From Podarcis bocagei (Eukaryota): 64,000 bases of DNA. A program made the position numbers and the translations under genes. The stretch lies in assembly GCA_964188305.1 (NCBI GenBank), contig OZ076894.1. One strand, given 5' to 3'. This document shows, piece after piece, positions 62,664 through 64,000 of the stretch (position 1 is its first letter; each line of letters opens with the position of its first letter). The notes beneath the pieces are model-generated. The model had not been told where the DNA came from. It saw only the letters and a list, made by a program, of their open reading frames with translations, and did not search any database.

Positions 62664-63970
62664 GGACTCAAATCACCTCTAATCTGACTCAAGAATAAAT
62701 CTTTTTATTGTTGTTCTAGTTTTCCTTGTTTTTATTTATTTTTTGCTATCTTTCTCCTGAAAATCACCAGTCACAAAAACATTATAAAGATTATATACTT
62801 TTGGTCCAATATCACAAAGGAAGCTACACTGCTCCATTAGCTGCTATAGGGAAGATCAAGGGACCTGGGAGAGCAGAGGCTAGTACCAAGCATTGGGCTT
62901 TGGTGCCTTTCCCAAGGGGTGCTGCCACTCTTGGCTAGGAATGGAATCAAAAACCTTTTCACCTTTATCAGAGCAAAGGCTCAAACCTATTTCACTGGAA
63001 CAACAGCAATGCCGCAAGTCAGCTCAGACTCCTTTTGTGCCTCCTCAATTCAACATGCACATCTAGCTCCTCCTCTCCCTTTTGGCAGACATCTAATTAA
63101 ACTCTCCAGGACGGTGGGGGGAGAGATTATATTACATGTTTTATTTGACTGAATCTGTGTTCATCATTGCTGGTTTTGCTGCTTTTTTAGAATCTGGAAA
63201 TTCTGCACTTGGTTTTGCATTTCAAACTTGCATTTCCGTTCTGATATTGTGGAAGTGGTAGTGCCCTTTTATTGTGTTGTTCTGAAGGCTGCCTTGAGAG
63301 AGTTTTGCTCATAAAGGCGGCCTAGAAATATTTTCATATAAAGCGAAATAAATAGATTCACCCATTTCAGTCTTTCATTTCTAGTAGCCTTTACCTGCTT
63401 GTGGTCCTGCTCCAGAGAGATGGTTCCAGAGTATTTTTCAAGGCTGGGACCCCCTCATGACAATAGGCTCCTTGACCCATCATTTAACTCATTTACTAAT
63501 CATGTCTAAGCTTCTATTCCAGTTAATACCATTCCTAAAACCTACACTGTAAATTCAACAGAGCAGGAAGGGTTAAATTGGGGTGAAAGGAGTTAGGGAG
63601 AGAATTATTGAGAGCCGTTTTTCATTCTTTCCTTGCTTTTAATCCTGTATCCTTCATTTTTAGTTTTCCTTCCTTTAAACACATTGTGTTTTTATTGAAT
63701 TCAGGGATCCACAGCCAGAGTTTTGCAGATGGAATGCATAATTGAACATTACATTTGGTTCATGGGAAATATACCATAAAATTAATATTTAAACCATATT
63801 CCCATATAGACACTGAGAAAGCAATAAAAATAATGCTTCTCCCTAAAGCAATTTGTATACAATATGTAGAATATATTCTAGGCACTTAAGCAGAAAGACT
63901 TGATATTAACTAAAAGTTAGATAGGAAGGAAGTGTCTCTTGTGTACTAACAATACTTACATTTACATTTA

Positions 63971-64000
63971 CAGATAGGTAGCCGTGTTGGTCTGCCATAG
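63971..64000 (-). mobile_element. Probable end of another Penelope-like element continuing past the window
   Basis: CAGATAGGTAGC is the reverse complement (11/12) of GCTACCTACCTG at 46056-46067. The following CGTGTTGGTCTG fits my recollection of this repeat family. Confidence 0.5.

Noticed and set aside
1-64000. The many 60-170 aa ORFs in the track as genes
   Set aside because: This is eukaryotic DNA. Most are chance ORFs, often with TTG/GTG starts, or cross SINEs, microsatellites or N gaps. None matches a host protein family I recognise.

Overview
Vertebrate genomic DNA from a squamate reptile, probably a lacertid lizard. The taxon call is inferred from Sauria-type and Squam3-like SINEs, BovB, and L2/CR1/Rex1 LINE fragments. 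The window is AT-rich and looks intronic or intergenic, with three assembly gaps. I could not identify any host protein-coding gene. Most listed ORFs are chance ORFs or transposon fragments, and only a few low-confidence isolated exon candidates exist. The window is dominated by mobile elements: five Sauria SINEs, two Squam3-like SINEs, two BovB 3' ends, L2/CR1/Rex1 remnants, many hAT and Tc1/pogo-type MITEs with visible TIRs and TSDs (some nested), and a 784-bp solo LTR. The main points of interest are: (1) Penelope-like element termini carrying minimal hammerhead ribozymes with a palindromic, dimer-type stem III (1795-1830 + and 45849-45886 -), one of them inside an inverted insertion with a 10-bp TSD spanning a gap; (2) a solo LTR with an open frame covering about 84% of its length and encoding an acidic, then basic NLS-like, polypeptide; (3) a hairpin with 72-bp arms inside a pogo-like element; (4) a well-formed 24-nt microexon candidate on the minus strand.
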